Made by a program: the position numbers and the translations under genes. A DNA stretch of 64,000 bases from Octopus bimaculoides (taxonomy: Eukaryota), in contig NC_068987.1 of assembly GCF_001194135.2 (NCBI RefSeq), forward strand, positions 3,220,166 to 3,284,165. The letters are read 5' to 3'. Below are positions 63,651 through 64,000 of the stretch, piece by piece (position 1 is the stretch's first letter; every line of letters begins with the position of its first letter). The notes below the pieces were generated by a model. The model was not told the DNA's origin. It did no database searches and saw only the letters and a list, made by a program, of their open reading frames with translations.

Positions 63651-64000
63651 TCATTAGGGAGGGGTCTTTGTATTTAACCATTTTGTTACCATATTTAGTT
63701 TGAGATGCTCTGTGTTTCTTTCAACTAATTTAAAATATAACAAAGAATTTAGTAAAATAACTTAGTTATCATTCAGCTAGTGTTAGGAACATAAATTGTG
63801 ACTCAAGTTTGGTGGAAGATTTTAATTCAGAACTTATGAAAACAAGACGTACTACAGAGCCAGAGGCAGCTTCAGGCAGGCTGGTATCAAAAGAGTTAAG
63901 AGCAACCATGCATCCTGCTGTCTGGTGAGAATGTAATCAATCATACACACACACACACATATCAGCAAATGCGTGTTACAGTCTCTTTGCTTTCACATCA

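Noticed and set aside
1-64000. CRISPR arrays, rRNA genes and prokaryotic operons or defence systems
   Set aside because: Eukaryotic intron-exon DNA; no regularly spaced repeat-spacer array or rRNA sequence seen

Overview
AT-rich, microsatellite- and SINE-dense animal genomic DNA with three N gaps. The repeat families look like those of an octopus or other coleoid cephalopod (inference from recall, not verified). I reconstructed four protein-coding genes exon by exon, with GT-AG boundaries and consistent phases: IPP/KLHL27-like BTB-Kelch (+, 5 coding exons, 596 aa), BRIX1 (-, 10 exons, 310 aa), intronless Mos kinase (-, 329 aa) and a 5'-incomplete ACSS2-type acetyl-CoA synthetase (-, 15 exon positions in the window). 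The main finding is a tandemly duplicated 73-nt ACSS2 exon (54833-54905 and 49170-49242; [24 protein letters not shown] vs [24 protein letters not shown]) with the hallmarks of an old, selected, mutually exclusive exon pair. The second is a tRNA-headed SINE-like repeat carrying a degenerate Penelope-type minimal hammerhead ribozyme fold. The window also has several long intronic hairpins, nested MITE/SINE insertions with TSDs, a Tc1 remnant, RTE LINE remnants, a tRNA-like cloverleaf between 100-bp direct repeats, and Musashi/CPE/hexamer motifs in the mos 3' UTR.
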